From NCBI GenBank assembly GCA_965235115.1, contig OZ249436.1, positions 57,288,001 to 57,352,000 of the forward strand: DNA of 64,000 nucleotides, in the 5' to 3' direction. The notes beneath the pieces are model-generated. The model searched no databases and was not told where the DNA came from. It worked only from the letters and a program-made list of their open reading frames with translations. Shown piece after piece: positions 23,234 through 37,170 of the stretch. Numbering within the stretch: the first letter of the stretch is position 1; every line of letters starts with the position of its first letter. This DNA comes from Laetmonice hystrix (lineage: Eukaryota). The position numbers and the translations under genes are program-made.

Positions 23234-26200
23234 CTGAAGAGATTAGATCTAGTAGCTTCGTGACTGCGCGTTCGTTGAAATTGAAGGTTATTAGCTCAGG
23301 GACTGGGTCTTGGGTGGTTGTCAGAAGGGCATGGTGTGCAAGTCAGCCTTTTAGAATAAGTTTCGTATCATTATGGGCATGCTAAATTAACTGCAGGGTG
23401 TATCCCACTCTATACAGCTGCAAGATGTAATTTGTTTATGAAAATGTCGCACTCCATATCAGACTTGTAGTGATGAGGTCAGTTTGGGAAGTAGCCGTGA
23501 TTGACATGAATCACGACCACAGTCTGAGATCAGCTGCGGGAGAAGATAACGAGGATATCAGTCGCCCAATAAAAAGGCTGAAATGGTAAGCTGAATGTAT
23601 GAAGTGCAGGCGAATGTAACCACTGCAATACGGCGCATTAGGGGACCTTCTGGCAAAGCTATGAACATTGGTATCTGACGATGTGCAGTGTCGCGGAGGT
23701 TGTATTTCGTTGCAAGTCAATGCTAACTCCAGCAAACAGGACACTGAAATTCGTTGTTATCTTAACTCAAAAGGTATGACAGGTACAAGGAAGTTTTGAT
23801 CCTTGTTTAGTCCAGATACTAAGCTAGTCGTATGGTATTTTAAGCCAGCTCTTGGTTACTTTGAACCATATTGCATTTCATTGAGACATTATTGAACATA
23901 ACCATTACAGAAGGGGCTGTCTTTATAAAGAGATAATCTCATGTTTTCCATGAGTTTTGAACGTGTTGCCAGGTCAATGTGTGATACTATGTGGACTGGT
24001 GGAATGACTTTTCTAATCACAAACATAATGATACCAGGATCTAATTTCCTGCCTTCAGTTTTTGGAACATCTTGACAGATATCCCGGGTGACAGGTACAG
24101 TTTTTTCATTAGTCGTGATAATGAGGGCTTAGCATGTCACAACTGTCATGGGGCAGAATCCCTTGTCTTCGACGGCACCAAAGACATCTGCTTCCAACAA
24201 GCCACTCTTTCGTGTCCATTTGCGATTTGTATCTTTATGTGTGTACCATTTTGTTGTGGGTTTTAATTGACAACATTTCGACAAATTGGTTTGTTGTAGA
24301 GTAGATACCAAAAACCCTATGTCAGAAGCTTCTAAGAAGTAGTCAACACCTTGATATTGTTAACGTCTGTTGAAATTTTAAAGTTGATATCTCAAATAGT
24401 CCATGCGAGACCAAAATTCAAAGTGTGTGCAATTGACCACCTGTTCAAGTAAAACTAGGTAGAAAGTTATAAGCATTTTTGGGACAATTTTAATTTTGGT
24501 CTCATGTCAGGACTATAACATAGGGTTTATGGAATATTTAACGTCACAGTTCGACAATTCTTTTTATGCCCACCCGATATATAAACAATGAAGTAATACT
24601 TTGACCCTTTCCAGAAGAATTTTACGCAGAAGGCCGTGTCAGATCTGTTGTCTTTCGCTCAAGCCTGGCCATCTTAATCCCACTCCTTGAAGCTCTCCGT
24701 ATGCGTCTGCGATACGTTTTAAAATACTAAATAAACTGAAGTCATTCCTCAAAATCAGTCTGTAATCTTTGAGTGAAGAAGTCATCCATTATAAGGCGCT
24801 GCTCTTAATGAACTGAGATTAAGAAAAATTCTCAGACAAAATGTTCCCCAGTAGTTTTCCGGTCCATTCATGCGCATTTCCATAGATGTCTGTGAAATGT
24901 CTGAAAGGGAGATGAATGATCCGAGAGTTAAGATATTAGGCCATTGATTCAGACGAGAATGCTGGTTCAGGTCTTGATAAAGAATGAGGTATCCGGAGTT
25001 GGCGCCTTGCTGGGTAGACTGCGAGGAGTGTAGTAGAAGAGGAATTAGTAATATCCTTTGACGATACCACAACGACGTGTGTATGAAGGGTGTGCTGGCT
25101 GTCCTTAGTGATGGCGTTCTTTTTGTCGTTCCCGGGCGGAGTAAAGAGCTCTGAGAGTTGTTTTAGTGTTTGTGCTCAGCCTTTGGGGGTCGATAATTCC
25201 ATAATGTGGGCGTGATATTTTGAGGAGCCATAAATAGTTACTTTAATTTAAAGAGCAGAAGACATGCATGTTTAGTTACCGTGTACTTTAATATTTAATA
25301 GACATTGCAGGAAATGGACTGAAATGTTTCTTAATTAACATTTAGGCCCCGATTTTAGACTAAAAATCCGATTATTAGGCCACAAATCAGTATAAACCAA
25401 GGTAAAGACAAGATGTCGCTTGCTTGCCCAGCGCACGTCTTCCCCTTATTGCGCCGGTAGGTATACGAGATCTCACAACGGATGTTGCCTAGCACAGCGA
25501 TTGTCTGCACACGTCTGCTGACCCCCTGACCTTTGCAAAACCTCAGGATGTGAATCTCTATCTCCGAGAGATGGTGAAATAAAGAATGGGATGCCTGCGT
25601 GGAATGACCTTGGCTGGGTAAGGATAGTTGCTTTTACGTATTTTTCAGCAGAACAAAGTCTCTATGCTCTCCGACATCAAAAATGAATCGATACTGCCGT
25701 GTACCAAGGTAGTAGTGAGTGGCTATTATCCGTTGATATTGATTCATTACATAGAATTGAAGCTGCATGTATCCATTGTATTTCTCAGTATGGGGTCTGA
25801 TTGATGGAGGCGAGCGAAGCATTTGGTGGTTGAGAGTTTATCACAACTATGCTCCACTCCAGTGGTATTCTAATGGATTCCCTTTCACCTTGAGCTCCCG
25901 CCTTCTATGTAGGATGAAGATGGACCACAGAAGACCTTCAGGGGGCTGGGGCGGTGTTAGACAAGGTCGGAGGATATATAGTGTCTGACACCAGAGGTCA
26001 GCATGTTATCCCTCATAAAGGGTCACTAATTCCGTTATGAAGTCAATCGGATATCTGTATCATCAGTCTAGATTTATGAAAATGAGCTTATTTCAAGTAG
26101 TTAAAAGTGTATGAAAACAATAATTTTTACAGTAATTTGAGCTAAGGTACCTTACAGTTCGTCCATTTTGGTCGTGATGCAATGATCTGCCATAATATAA

Positions 26201-27599
26201 TATGGCCAAATACAGGAGGTACATTTATCGTCTCCATGATACTGTTCCTGGCTCTGAGCGATGCTTGCTTTGTTGTTGTACAATACCGGTAGTTATTATA
26301 TTTTCACTGATGACGTTGTATTCACTGAGGGGTTCGCTTTGTATGAGTTCAGCAGGGAACAATATTATGGCGATTACAGTACGGATGGGTGGTTTCTGCG
26401 GAGTAGCCTCGCAGTTGATATGAAGAAACCCGTATTTTATGGTCAAGTCCGACCTAATAGCGTTGTTTAGTCTAAGTTCGATCCCTGCAGATTTAAACAA
26501 AATTCTTGTTATTCTTCAGTAATAAAGTTAACTTTAATGATCGAATTTTGGCAATTAAAAGAAAGTAAAAAAGGTGCAAATGATGGTTAACTCGAAACCC
26601 ATTTTAACTTTCACTTAGAGGGTTTCTTCGTGAGTTTTATATTCAATCCCTCCTAAATGATTGGTAAATTAATAATAAAAAAATGTACATGAAGGTTGAG
26701 GTATCAAATATAAACGAAGAAGACCTTTGGCGCCTTGGTCGACTCATCAAACTCAGCATAGAGGATGTGGGCACGAAACGTGACGGGGAAATGACTTGAA
26801 GGTGGCAGCAATTGCTTCTCGTGACACTGAGTACACAGCGAATAATAAATGACTTAATCTATGTGGACCCAGCAAATACAATGCTTCAGTCAACATGATC
26901 TTGTCGGCAGCCGTAAAGCTGTAGGCTGTAAACCATAAAATCCTCGGATTGGAATTATGCTAATTGCAGTCAGACTCTTGATCAGTGTATAATGAAATAA
27001 TAGAAAGGCAGTGAAAGTGGAGATGTCAGGCAGAAGGAGTAAATATTAAACTGGCCAGTGCGATAATTTCCTTGTCAGTAAAAGTTGAGAAAGTTCAGGT
27101 TGGTATACTATGTAATGAACACATACTTGAGGCAATAAATTAAAAGAGCTCCACGCTCATCATCTATCATTTTACTTCTCTGTTTCTAGACACGTCATTG
27201 TGTCATGTGAAATAACCTTCAGGCGGGCGATACATGGATATGATATTTAAAGAGGTTGAACCAAGTTTTCGAAAGGAAAACTTGGTTCACTGCATACCGC
27301 TCGGCACTGTGCTCTCATTTGCCGACAAAAACTTCCCTAGACGTGGAATAATCCTGGTGAATGCATTATATGCCATCGCTATTTTTTTTAGCAAAAGAAA
27401 TTACACCATATTAGTAGCTATGCTGATTTTTTCACGAAATAATGACATTTTCTCAATGAAAATCAGGAGAATAAATGTTGACATTCCACGACAGGGCCCC
27501 GAAGAATTTCACAAAACTGCAAAATACCCCCTTCCGATTTTACCTATATTTGGTTGCTGCATACAAAATACTGTGGCCACTCAGTATGCAGGAGGGTGA

Positions 27600-30500
27600 T
27601 GGCGGTGTCACTGGCGTGATCTCTATGCAGGGAGCTGGCCCGAGGGAGAGCCGAACCCCGTGCCAGATAGTAAATTGCATGAGCTTGAGTTCCCTAGTGT
27701 GGGGCCATCGGCCTGGCTCCCAGCCAGGTCTCCTTCACGACTGCATGCGGCACATCAGAGGCCTGGCCCGAGTCCACGGAGGTGTTGGGCCGGTCAGAGT
27801 GGGCCCCATTAAACAAATCTCAGCATCCAAAGGACGACCACCTTTCATCGTCAGCCGGTGTCCTCCAGCCACAACAAATACGTTTTTATACGAATCCTTC
27901 AAAGAATCTACTATCCAGTGGTTTGATTGAAAGGGAAACAACCATTCAGTAGAAACCTTTTTTATAGAAAGCACAGGACATGTCTTCATATCAGTACTTG
28001 AACTGTGATATACAATCCGTGGTTTTATTGCTGTGAGGGCCGACGGGGTTGACCGTTAGTGTTTGCTTGAATTGTTATCAACATAATTTCACCTAATTAG
28101 CAGTCTAGATGTCGCAGTTAGTTAATGGGGGACACTGCAGGTGTAAGTGGTCTACATTTCTACAGTGATTTGGAAAAACCTAGCAAGTCCACTTTGCCTC
28201 ATTTTGAGAAAATTGGGACAAACGAACCGTTCCTCCCATTGAGGTGCTGCAAACGCTAGGTTTTTTCAGGTCAAGAACTATGAATTGCGTAGAGTTCTGA
28301 TCACTTGTATAGGACTATATGATAGGGCAAAACCTAGTAAGTAATGAGACTAACTCAAATTGGACAAAAACTCGACTTACTAGGTTTTTCCAAATCACTG
28401 TAGATTTAGCATGGAGCACAACCAGACCGCACTGAGCCTCCATGCAGCCAGTTCAGGCGGCTGTCTGAGACCTGACAAAACCAGACGACTCAGGTACAAT
28501 ATGGGGAGTGCTGCAGATGGTCATGACAACACTAACCAGGCCAGCCGCCCAGGGAAAAATCTGGCCCTGGCTTGTTTGTTCAAGTAGCCTGAAGTAGAGA
28601 AGACTAAACTAGGTGAGCGTGTAAGCGATAACTTACACAGTGAAATACTGGTACATAGGTCAAATAGAAACACTGGTACATAGGTCAAACATAATGTATC
28701 CGATAGGTAGCAAAGAACAGGCAACTAAGGTGTTTTATAAGGAGCGTAATGCACGGGACTTACCAAAGTGCTAAGTTAATACCGGAGTATAGATAGCCCA
28801 CCTAGCTGCTCCTTATAGTACTGTCATGAGGGATGCGTCAGTCTAGTGTGTTGTAGTGTGTGAGGTTGCATAGAAAGGCGATATAGTTTGAAAGAAGTAG
28901 TGAATCTGTAAAGGCACCTTAGGACTAATATTATTCAGATGGTAACGCATTACCATATTTGATATGTATACACTAGAATGTCGTAGAATGAAGTTGTACA
29001 ATCATTTTAACTACCGACAGATAGAAAGAAGTTGTTGTAAAACTTGTTAAGGAAAGAAGAAAAGTCTGGTTGGTAGTGTGATAACGGATCATGAGCGCAA
29101 GTATCATTATTCTGAGTAGCTCTCACAGGAACCAACCATGTCGCCCACTTCTGGCCATCTACCAGAAGTAATATATGCCATGGACACCAATAGTGAGTCT
29201 ACGTCTTCGTGCAGGTGGACCATTATAGGTCTGTGGAGCCGGAGAATAGGACTTTATATAATGGCCTACCGACCAAGGTGTGGAGTTACCATGACGTAGT
29301 CAGGCGAAGACTTAGTGTAATGAACCATTGTCTGTCGCCTTACTATGATGATCTTCTCAGTCTGACATTAATGCCGGATATAGACAAGTGATTCTGCACA
29401 TTTCACCAGATACTTAGCCGCGTGATTAGCCATCAATGCTAGATATTAGTGGTATAATATAGATATGGCACACCACGTCCTTTCTGACTGGCATTAGGAC
29501 CGGTGTTAATGCTCTAAAATATCACAAGAAAATATCAGCATTATACTTGTGAGGAGAAGAGTTTCGCAACTTGTTACGAGACCCAGTTAATGTCAGGAGT
29601 ACTACATTTCGACTGATTATTAAATGTAGCATTCAGTTAAATATCACCCGGAAGGTGCACATGATACAATGAATGGTGAGAATTGCTACAGAAACAGAAT
29701 ATTTCCGATTACTCTAGTACTGACGTACGTAGTCCTTTATGTATCAGATAGGCTTGTCAGATAATTCCCCGGAGAATCTAATCTTACCTCGCGATCCATG
29801 CAATATTATATAGTATGAACCAAGAACTGAGATGTTTTGATTGTTTTCAGTAATGTAACGTACCCTGGGTATTTCGACTTTGTGAGGCAGAGTTTAGAAT
29901 ATTTATAGGTACGTGATACAACAGTTGATATGCAACACAAATAGGCAGAGATATATCTGAAAATTATATAAGATCTTCCTCCCAGCAAGAATATGGTGCC
30001 GAGATGTCGACAAGCACAGCCTTGCAATATAGTGTATGTTTAGAACTTAGTATTTTTTCATGCATTCCTAGAGTTAGACTATACGTGTAGGCCTACACCT
30101 ACTACTAGCTTGTTGAACTCAATGTCATATTATCCGTAACCGCGGAACAGGTATTATATTTGGGGGCCCACATCGCGTGAGGTTGACCATGGAACATGAG
30201 GAATGGGTGTAATAAATAATATTCCATAAAATAAATTTACAAAAGCCATAGTAATATTGGAAGGGCTAGGCCCCACCAATACAATTATTGGGGCAGGGTA
30301 GTGCCCCCCCCCCCGGCAGTCGCTACCGTCGCCTATGATTATCTAGCAGAGGAAATGCGTGAAAGTCTGGCACGGAAATGGAGGTTTGTAGCGACGATTG
30401 CCGAGGGTAAGTTGAGAGGCTAAAAGCAGCCGCATTGATACTGCCAAGACATTGAAATGAAGGGAGGGTCCCAAGAGGGTAATTGTAATTGTACTGGGGG

Positions 30501-32330
30501 TAAAGGGAAATGGAGCTAGGAAAATAGGCTGATAGAAAGGCTTGCGTTGCAAATGGGAAAGTGAATTGGCCTGGGAATAATATTTGACATGAGCGAATAA
30601 TAATAGTCTGTAGAAGTAATAATGAAATCGGAGTAAACAGAGTAACTATGAACTGAATGCACGCTTCCTTTACCTTGTGGGCCAGCCGAACTGGATATAA
30701 CAGCAATCGCGTTCTGTGGCAAGGTTAAAGGTGTGCGTGTAATAAAGATACCATTAAATGTGAAGGAATTGCTGGATATAACAGAATCAACCACCTACAA
30801 CGAAGTTACTGTCAAATCTGAAACTTTATTACGTTATTGTGAGCATGAGATAAAACAGTTAGTGCGTCTAAAAAAACGTCAAAATATAATGACACAAGAA
30901 CGATGGGAAGCTGTCGTCAAAAGGTGTTAGTGCCCTGAACTTCACCCGTAAAATGTGTCGGCCTTTGATTGGTAAATAGGATTAGCGGGGTAGTTGAGAC
31001 AATTAGGCCAGGAGTTGGGAGGGTAGGCTTGACGTCAGACAGGCAGGCTGTCTCCTCCGCTATTGGGGCCGGTTGCAAGTATCTATGCCAGTCCACCGGA
31101 TTCCACACCCTGTGCAATAATTAGGTTTTGCACATTTTCCTCAGTAGCTGGGTGCTGCAGTGCAGACAGACAACCGACCAATGGACCGAAGATGTTCAGT
31201 TGCTATGGTAATGCTCATAATGTATCCAATGGCGGGATTTTTAGCCGACTTGGATGATAGAGTTTAGAGATGATTTGACCGTAATCTGGGAGATTTGAAA
31301 CTGAATGGAAGGGCTTGAGGTTTTTATCACTTGGCATGAAGGTAAATTACTTGTTGGATAAGCTGGGCACTGTACTCTGTAAAACCAGATGTTATTTGTT
31401 ATAAACTATGTTTCAGGTTATTTATTATGTCTATAAATTCTACAGTGTGTTGTGTGAGTGAAGATATCAGTGTTGGATGTAATATTTTCTGACGTACTTT
31501 ACTTGTTTGATGGGGTTGAAATGAAGTTAATTGACATAAAATTGATTCGTTTCCAGGCCCAGGGTTAGTCAACATGACGTAAAAGCTAGAGCCCATTAGA
31601 ATTGCATGTATTGAGCTTCTGTCAGAACATTATATAATGTTTCTGTCCGATTCAGTATTGATGAGGTAGTTTATATAGGCTCGTGCAGACGTCGTATATT
31701 GCAGGCTGTTGAATACATGGCAGTGCTGCCTGCAGAGATCGAAATGATCTATACCAAATAATTCAGCATACATGCAACTTGCCAGCAGCACCAGGATAAG
31801 GCAAAAAAGAAGCAATGAGCTCGCCATTGAAAATTTGGTCTTTATACAAACATGTGCATAGCTGACGCATGATGGTTCCATTGATAAACCCTTTCCACTT
31901 GACATAGGCAGTTTCTGTCTGGCTTTAGGGGGAAATGCGGTTTACAGGCATTTGATTCGTTGGAGTGCGTTTGGGGAGTGCATGGTCTAGAATACTGGTA
32001 CAACACCGGGCAGTGGTCTGACGATCAGCAGTCCCGTGACAGTCCCCATGGATAACTGGCCGGTCCGATGGCGACTCGTCTTAGGAATGCATGTGGCGCC
32101 GCTGGAAAGGAAATTGTTCAGGCCTCTTCAATGGGCGGGTTCTTGTAAAAGGAGATTCCAACCGTTGTCTGAATTGGTTTTAGACGATTGGCAGCGTGGC
32201 TCCCTTAGAATTATAGATCATCCTCTGCGATTGGCGAATGTATTTTGTGAAATAGAATAGGTTGGTATCAAGGAAAGAAAAGACGTTTATGCCAACAAAG
32301 ATCCTAGATTTAATACATAATAATGAGGCT
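27600..32330 (+). mobile_element. Decayed L1/Tx1-like ORF2 on the plus strand, interrupted by later insertions
   Basis: Motifs in L1 order: RDLY...LHELEFP...RPGP (LY...KSPGPDG), ISVLEL*YTI (ISLLN.DYKI, about 27990), HNQT and V*DL (H.DQT, RD.I, after the MITE), EVEKTKLGERV (EKAFDRV), and WRLVLG...IIDHP (C-terminal WR..HG...H, 32060-32230). Confidence 0.45.
28163..28400. mobile_element. Tc1/mariner-type MITE, 238 bp
   Basis: TIR CAGTGATTTGGAAAAACCTAG(C/T)AAGTC at 28163, reverse complement ending at 28400, flanked by TA at 28161-28162 and 28401-28402. Confidence 0.85.
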
Positions 32331-32624
32331 TTTTATAGTTCTTAGTGCATGTCTTTGGAAATCTGTATTATTGTACGGACAGAGATTATTGTTGTTTTCA
32401 TGGGATAATGGCACACATAGCCTGAATAAAGACACTAACATTGTGTGTACATACCTAACGTGCAAGATGTTGGCGGCATCCTACCACCATATTCTGACAA
32501 AACACCTGCAAGTTATAGGAAAAGAACACAGAGGCATGTATTTTTCTTTTGAAATGCACGGGCATCAGGGGTAACCCAATTACTTTGACAATGTCCCTAA
32601 AGAGAAAAGTTGTATAGTCCTCTA

Positions 32625-32680
32625 CAGGAATCGAACCCCGACCCCAAGATTACTGCACCCATTCGCATAGCATAAGGTGT
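32625..32680 (-). mobile_element. Possible degenerate tRNA-derived SINE head
   Basis: B-box GGTTCGATTCC on the minus strand (forward GGAATCGAACC, about 32627-32637). No convincing A-box or cloverleaf. Confidence 0.25.
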
Positions 32681-33701
32681 CGACATCCATAAATGGCCAC
32701 TCAAAAGAAAATGAGAGTAGCATTTTATTCAACTGTTTGCTGAGTGTTTATGGTTGTGATTTGTTTATTATATTATTTAGGAGATTATGAAATGGTTTGA
32801 ATCGTCGAAGCAGTCTTACACGTAATTTGAACAGGTAGATGGTGGGGGTGGGGTGGAGGGGTGAGGGACTAAGGTTTATGAACGAGTTCTGACGTCTGTT
32901 GCATAGCCTGAAGCGATCCATAAACACCAGCAGTAGAGGACTGCTCATGATACAACACGTCAGACTCCATCCTGTTCTGATCAGTATGGAAACTTGTAAC
33001 TACATGTAGTAATCTTTTGTCAACAAAACAAATCACAAGGATGCTATTAAATGATATGCTTTGGAATTAGATGAAAGATTGTACTAGGATGAGATGATTA
33101 GATGTTAAACGATTATGAGAGTCATAGAACCAAATGTTTTTAATTTGGAAAGAAGGATGACAAGGCGCTTTAGTAGAATAGGCTCTTCAATCTATCAGGA
33201 TATTTATATTTTTGTTTCATTGATAAAATACATGTATTTATACTTTGTTTATGTGATAAGAAATGTTCATAAGTAGATCAAGCAAATAGAGTGTTAGTTA
33301 AAGTTGTTGACCCGATTCCTGGCCACTCCGGTCGAAGGGATGTGACTGAATGGTGTCCAGGACGCCTCACAAGTCGACAGTGACAGCTGAGACCGAGACA
33401 CAGACAGTGAGAGCCGTATTTTTTGTGGCCTCGGACACTCAGTAAGTGAGCGCCATATGTGACCGCCTTTACAAAGTCCCGGATGACGCTGTCCTCACAT
33501 CGTGTACCAGCAGTTACACTGACTTACCAACCTACCGGCTCATGACACAAGGATTATACCAGTCTACCTCGGAGCCTCGAGCCTCTTGCAAATGGTCTCT
33601 TTTCAGTTATAGAGCACATACACAAGTTATAGCATTTTCTCAGAGTGTGCGCTACCCTGTCGCACCGTTAAAAGTTGCAGTGGATTTCTTAAGACAGCAA
33701 A

Positions 33702-33767
33702 ATGTCGGGCAGGAAACGAGTTCGACTGGATGATCCGAAGATAGCATCCACTGAAATGTTAGACGAG
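33702..33767 (+). CDS. Candidate first coding exon MSGRKRVRLDDPKIASTEMLDE, unidentified
   Basis: aaaATG context, 22 codons, donor GAG|gttagt, basic RKRVR (NLS-like) segment. Downstream coding-like segments (34600-35400) contain stops. Confidence 0.3.
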
Positions 33768-35799
33768 GTTAGTAGGTATTAATGATTAGTATATTTTTAA
33801 AAGCTGGGAATAATTTTGTCCATAAGATTTTTTATTTGTCACGGAGGTTCCCTGGTGTTTTTAGTGACCCTGTTATTATTAGATTGCGTTTAGCTCCGTG
33901 GGAGAGGCCCTACCTTTTAACGTGGTAGCGTCTTGTACCGGTATGTATGTAGGACACGTGCACGCGTTCATGGCCAAAAGTACCATGGAGAAATGGGTTG
34001 GCGTTTCGTAGTAGAATAGGTAAAAAAACTAATCATTTCACATTGAGCAAATTGGTGAAGGATTCGACTTTCATGACTGCCGATCAAGAAGGCAGATCAA
34101 AGGTTAGATGGTGCAGGGAATGTTGAACTGCAAGGGCTTGGGGTTTGATAAAGGTTAACAACAGGAAAATGATATACCGTGAATTTTTGTCACAGTTTTA
34201 CACAGATACTATTGCATAATACTGCTCCACTGATTATATTTGACTTGTTTGATATTTAGTTCCTGAGTTATTTTGTCACCGAATGGCTAATATGATTGAA
34301 GTATTACGGTATTGATGGCTTTTTCATGAATTGAACTGGTGTTTTTTTTTCTGTGCATGTTTGAAGGAAATATATATAATTAGATAAGAGGAACCTAAGA
34401 AATGGATTTAATATTGGAAATGAATTTCTGCCATTTTGATAGACATTCTAAGTATGGATACAATTTGACCGTTAGGCCACTTCAGTTAATGTCATTTACC
34501 GAACGTTTCCTGCCATAAAAGCTGGACTTTGAATCCCTGGCTGAGAAGAGTAAACACCTATTTCACTTGTGTGCATTATTGTCACCTTACTGATAAAAAA
34601 TATTTAGTACATTGTAAGCAACCAGAGAAGCGAGCCTTGTCAGGGGGGATGAAGCACTGAGTGCACTCTCGTCTCTCGTCAAAGGGTGGGAATCAGCCAT
34701 GCTGCCCATGTTGGTGGGAAAAGGGCAAGTTTTAACTTCATCCAGAAAGGCTTACCCTGGCCCCTACTGATGTAAAAGGTGGTTATTTGGATAATTCAGA
34801 TATTGTCGTGACTGCTCTAGCACCTGTCTTAATGGAATACGTGCCAAAATGTGACAGAAAGTTGATTGTCACAAAGTGCAATAAAAAAGTCTGTATAGAT
34901 ATAATCTACTTCTGTAGATTAAACACTTCGATAAAATGTCTCTTCAAGAGTGGCCATCGACAAGTGTTTTTTTTTCAAATGGCAAGCTGAGAATACATTG
35001 CTTTCCCATTGTTGCTGGTCGAGCTCGGGAACATTGTGAAATAAACAAGATAGTAATCATATAATGTCGTTTAATATCAGGTTTTAATTCGGGGCAAATC
35101 CCAATCACCTATGTTGACGTCAGCATCTCCCTTTAACGTCTTCATTCCTTTAGTTTGAGCTCTGACAAAGGACCAAATGTTGAGTGTTTGAAAGGGATGA
35201 CCATAAATGGTATATTAAGTACGTATCTTAATGTTTCATATACCACTTTTTCCCGTTTGTGGAATAGACTTATACCGAAGATGATGATAAATGACTCGAT
35301 ATATCAGCGATGATTGAACCGATGTGTTTGGAATGAAGACATGCCCGTATACACGACATGTACCAGTATTTCCGAAGTTGGTATTTATTAATAGTTGAGA
35401 TGTTTTGTGGTAACCATATCAAAGTCAGAATTTCTACGTTACCGTCAATAATGCCTTGTTACAGCTGTGACATAGAGATCCTTACATGGATTATGTCCCC
35501 AGAGTCTCGATCGGCGAGTTTATAAACGGTTAGTACTCGTTGAGGAGAACATGGTGATGTTTACGTGTCAGTGTGACTTTGAGTTTGCCCCCCCCTGTTG
35601 GCGGGGGAGGGGGGGATATTAGCATCTCAAGTCGATGATAAATTCTATGTGACAGGTTACCGTCCAAGCCTCATCAGTTACGCTGCTGCCTCTGCTTCCC
35701 AATCTCCCAAAAGGCCCACAAATATGGAATTGCTGACAGATGACCATGCCTGTTTAGATTAACCATGAAGACTTTTAATAATAGCATTGGGAACTAGCG

Positions 35800-37170
35800 G
35801 TAACCAGTAGGGTTGGGACCATTGTTACATAAGGAATTACTGATGAAGATCGCTGGAGCAAACCGTCAGTTCCTGCTGGTGGCGAGGGCCAGCCCAGCTC
35901 ACTGATGGGAACACCACTGCATATTATTGCATCGCATCCTTTTTGGTGGCCAGTACAGCAGGTAGCAGTATATATACCAGCAGTGGGCTGGGATACGCCT
36001 TCACATTGTTGACATTAGCCATGTATAGGATGTGGGCATGGTCTGCTGCAAATACAGTGCATGTGTCCGGGGGAGATGCAAGGCAGATCTCTGCATGACG
36101 GGATGGATGAATGCACGCGCAGCGCTACTTCATACAGCCACGAGCAGTCGGCACGGGCACAGCCAACCTTCAGAAGCTGTCTAATTCACCCAGATTAGAT
36201 GATACAGTCGCCAACTCCGACAGCGCTTTTGATTGGACAGTGACTGACAGGCAATCGCCAGGACATGAAATCCATTCCTCATTGCACACCGATAAGTATG
36301 AGAGGATCTAGGGATTCTGGTCTGTAAGTCTGGGAGAGGAAATGTGAGGCAGTACTGGCCCTAAATCCAGTTCAAACAATAACTCAGGCTCATTGGAAAG
36401 AAGATTTCTGGAGCGAGCTAGGGTTACTGATTGCCAAGAGAAGTAAGCTGCCTGGTTTGCCTCACAAATGGCCCGCCGTCACCCTGGAACAGTTGAGGCC
36501 GTGTTGGATCAGCGGGGTGTTCCATCGCCACCAGACAAAAGGCGTGCATGGCTGGTCAGTGTGGCCAAGCATTTATCAATAGCCATGTGTGATGTGGTCT
36601 GAAGCTCGTCACGTCAGACGTGGTCGGGCGGCGAGCTTCATTGAACCGTCAGCTGGACAAGGTTTCCACGGCGACCGGCTGCTCACCACGCCCTACCTGT
36701 TTGCTCAGCTATCTGACCAACAACGACCGGTCGACTCTTGTCCAGTTGGTGGATGGTCCAGGCCATGACAAGGATCTCGCCCAAAGTGCGCAGGGATCCC
36801 AGCCACCATGACACTCCAGTCCCAGGCCGGGCAGCAGGCGAATGTGAAATACTGACAGAAGTATTTGAGTCGGATGACATCTGCGTGTGGGTCTAAGTTA
36901 ACGAGGACTGTGTCTTGAGTTAACTCTGAAAATCTGGAGCCGCTGATCTCGGCGGATAGAGATTTTGATATAGAATTAGACAGGACAGACTTGACTTCTC
37001 CGCTGATGAAAGGCCGTAGGGCCGTGTGGCCAGGTTATATTGGATTATACAGGAGCTCTCTGTATTCACCATGAATTCTGCTGCAGGGATGAAGGCTTCA
37101 CCTACCAGTTTCTCTCTCACAGGAATGGTAAATATTCTCTTACTTGTACGGTGGTTTATTACCAGCAATT
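35800..37170 (-). mobile_element. Decayed L1/Tx1-like ORF2, post-RT part
   Basis: VREKLVGEAF...YNLATRPYGLSSAEKSSLSCLILY...PP resembles KILGV.F...W..R.LS..GK..L...L.Y...P; then DVIRLKY and LLSNEPELLF. Confidence 0.4.

Noticed and set aside
30138-30330. MITE ending in ...CGTCGCCTATG with a poly-C subterminal tract
   Set aside because: No matching left terminus or TSD found.
32600-32700. tRNA gene
   Set aside because: Only a B-box; no acceptor stem or cloverleaf could be folded.
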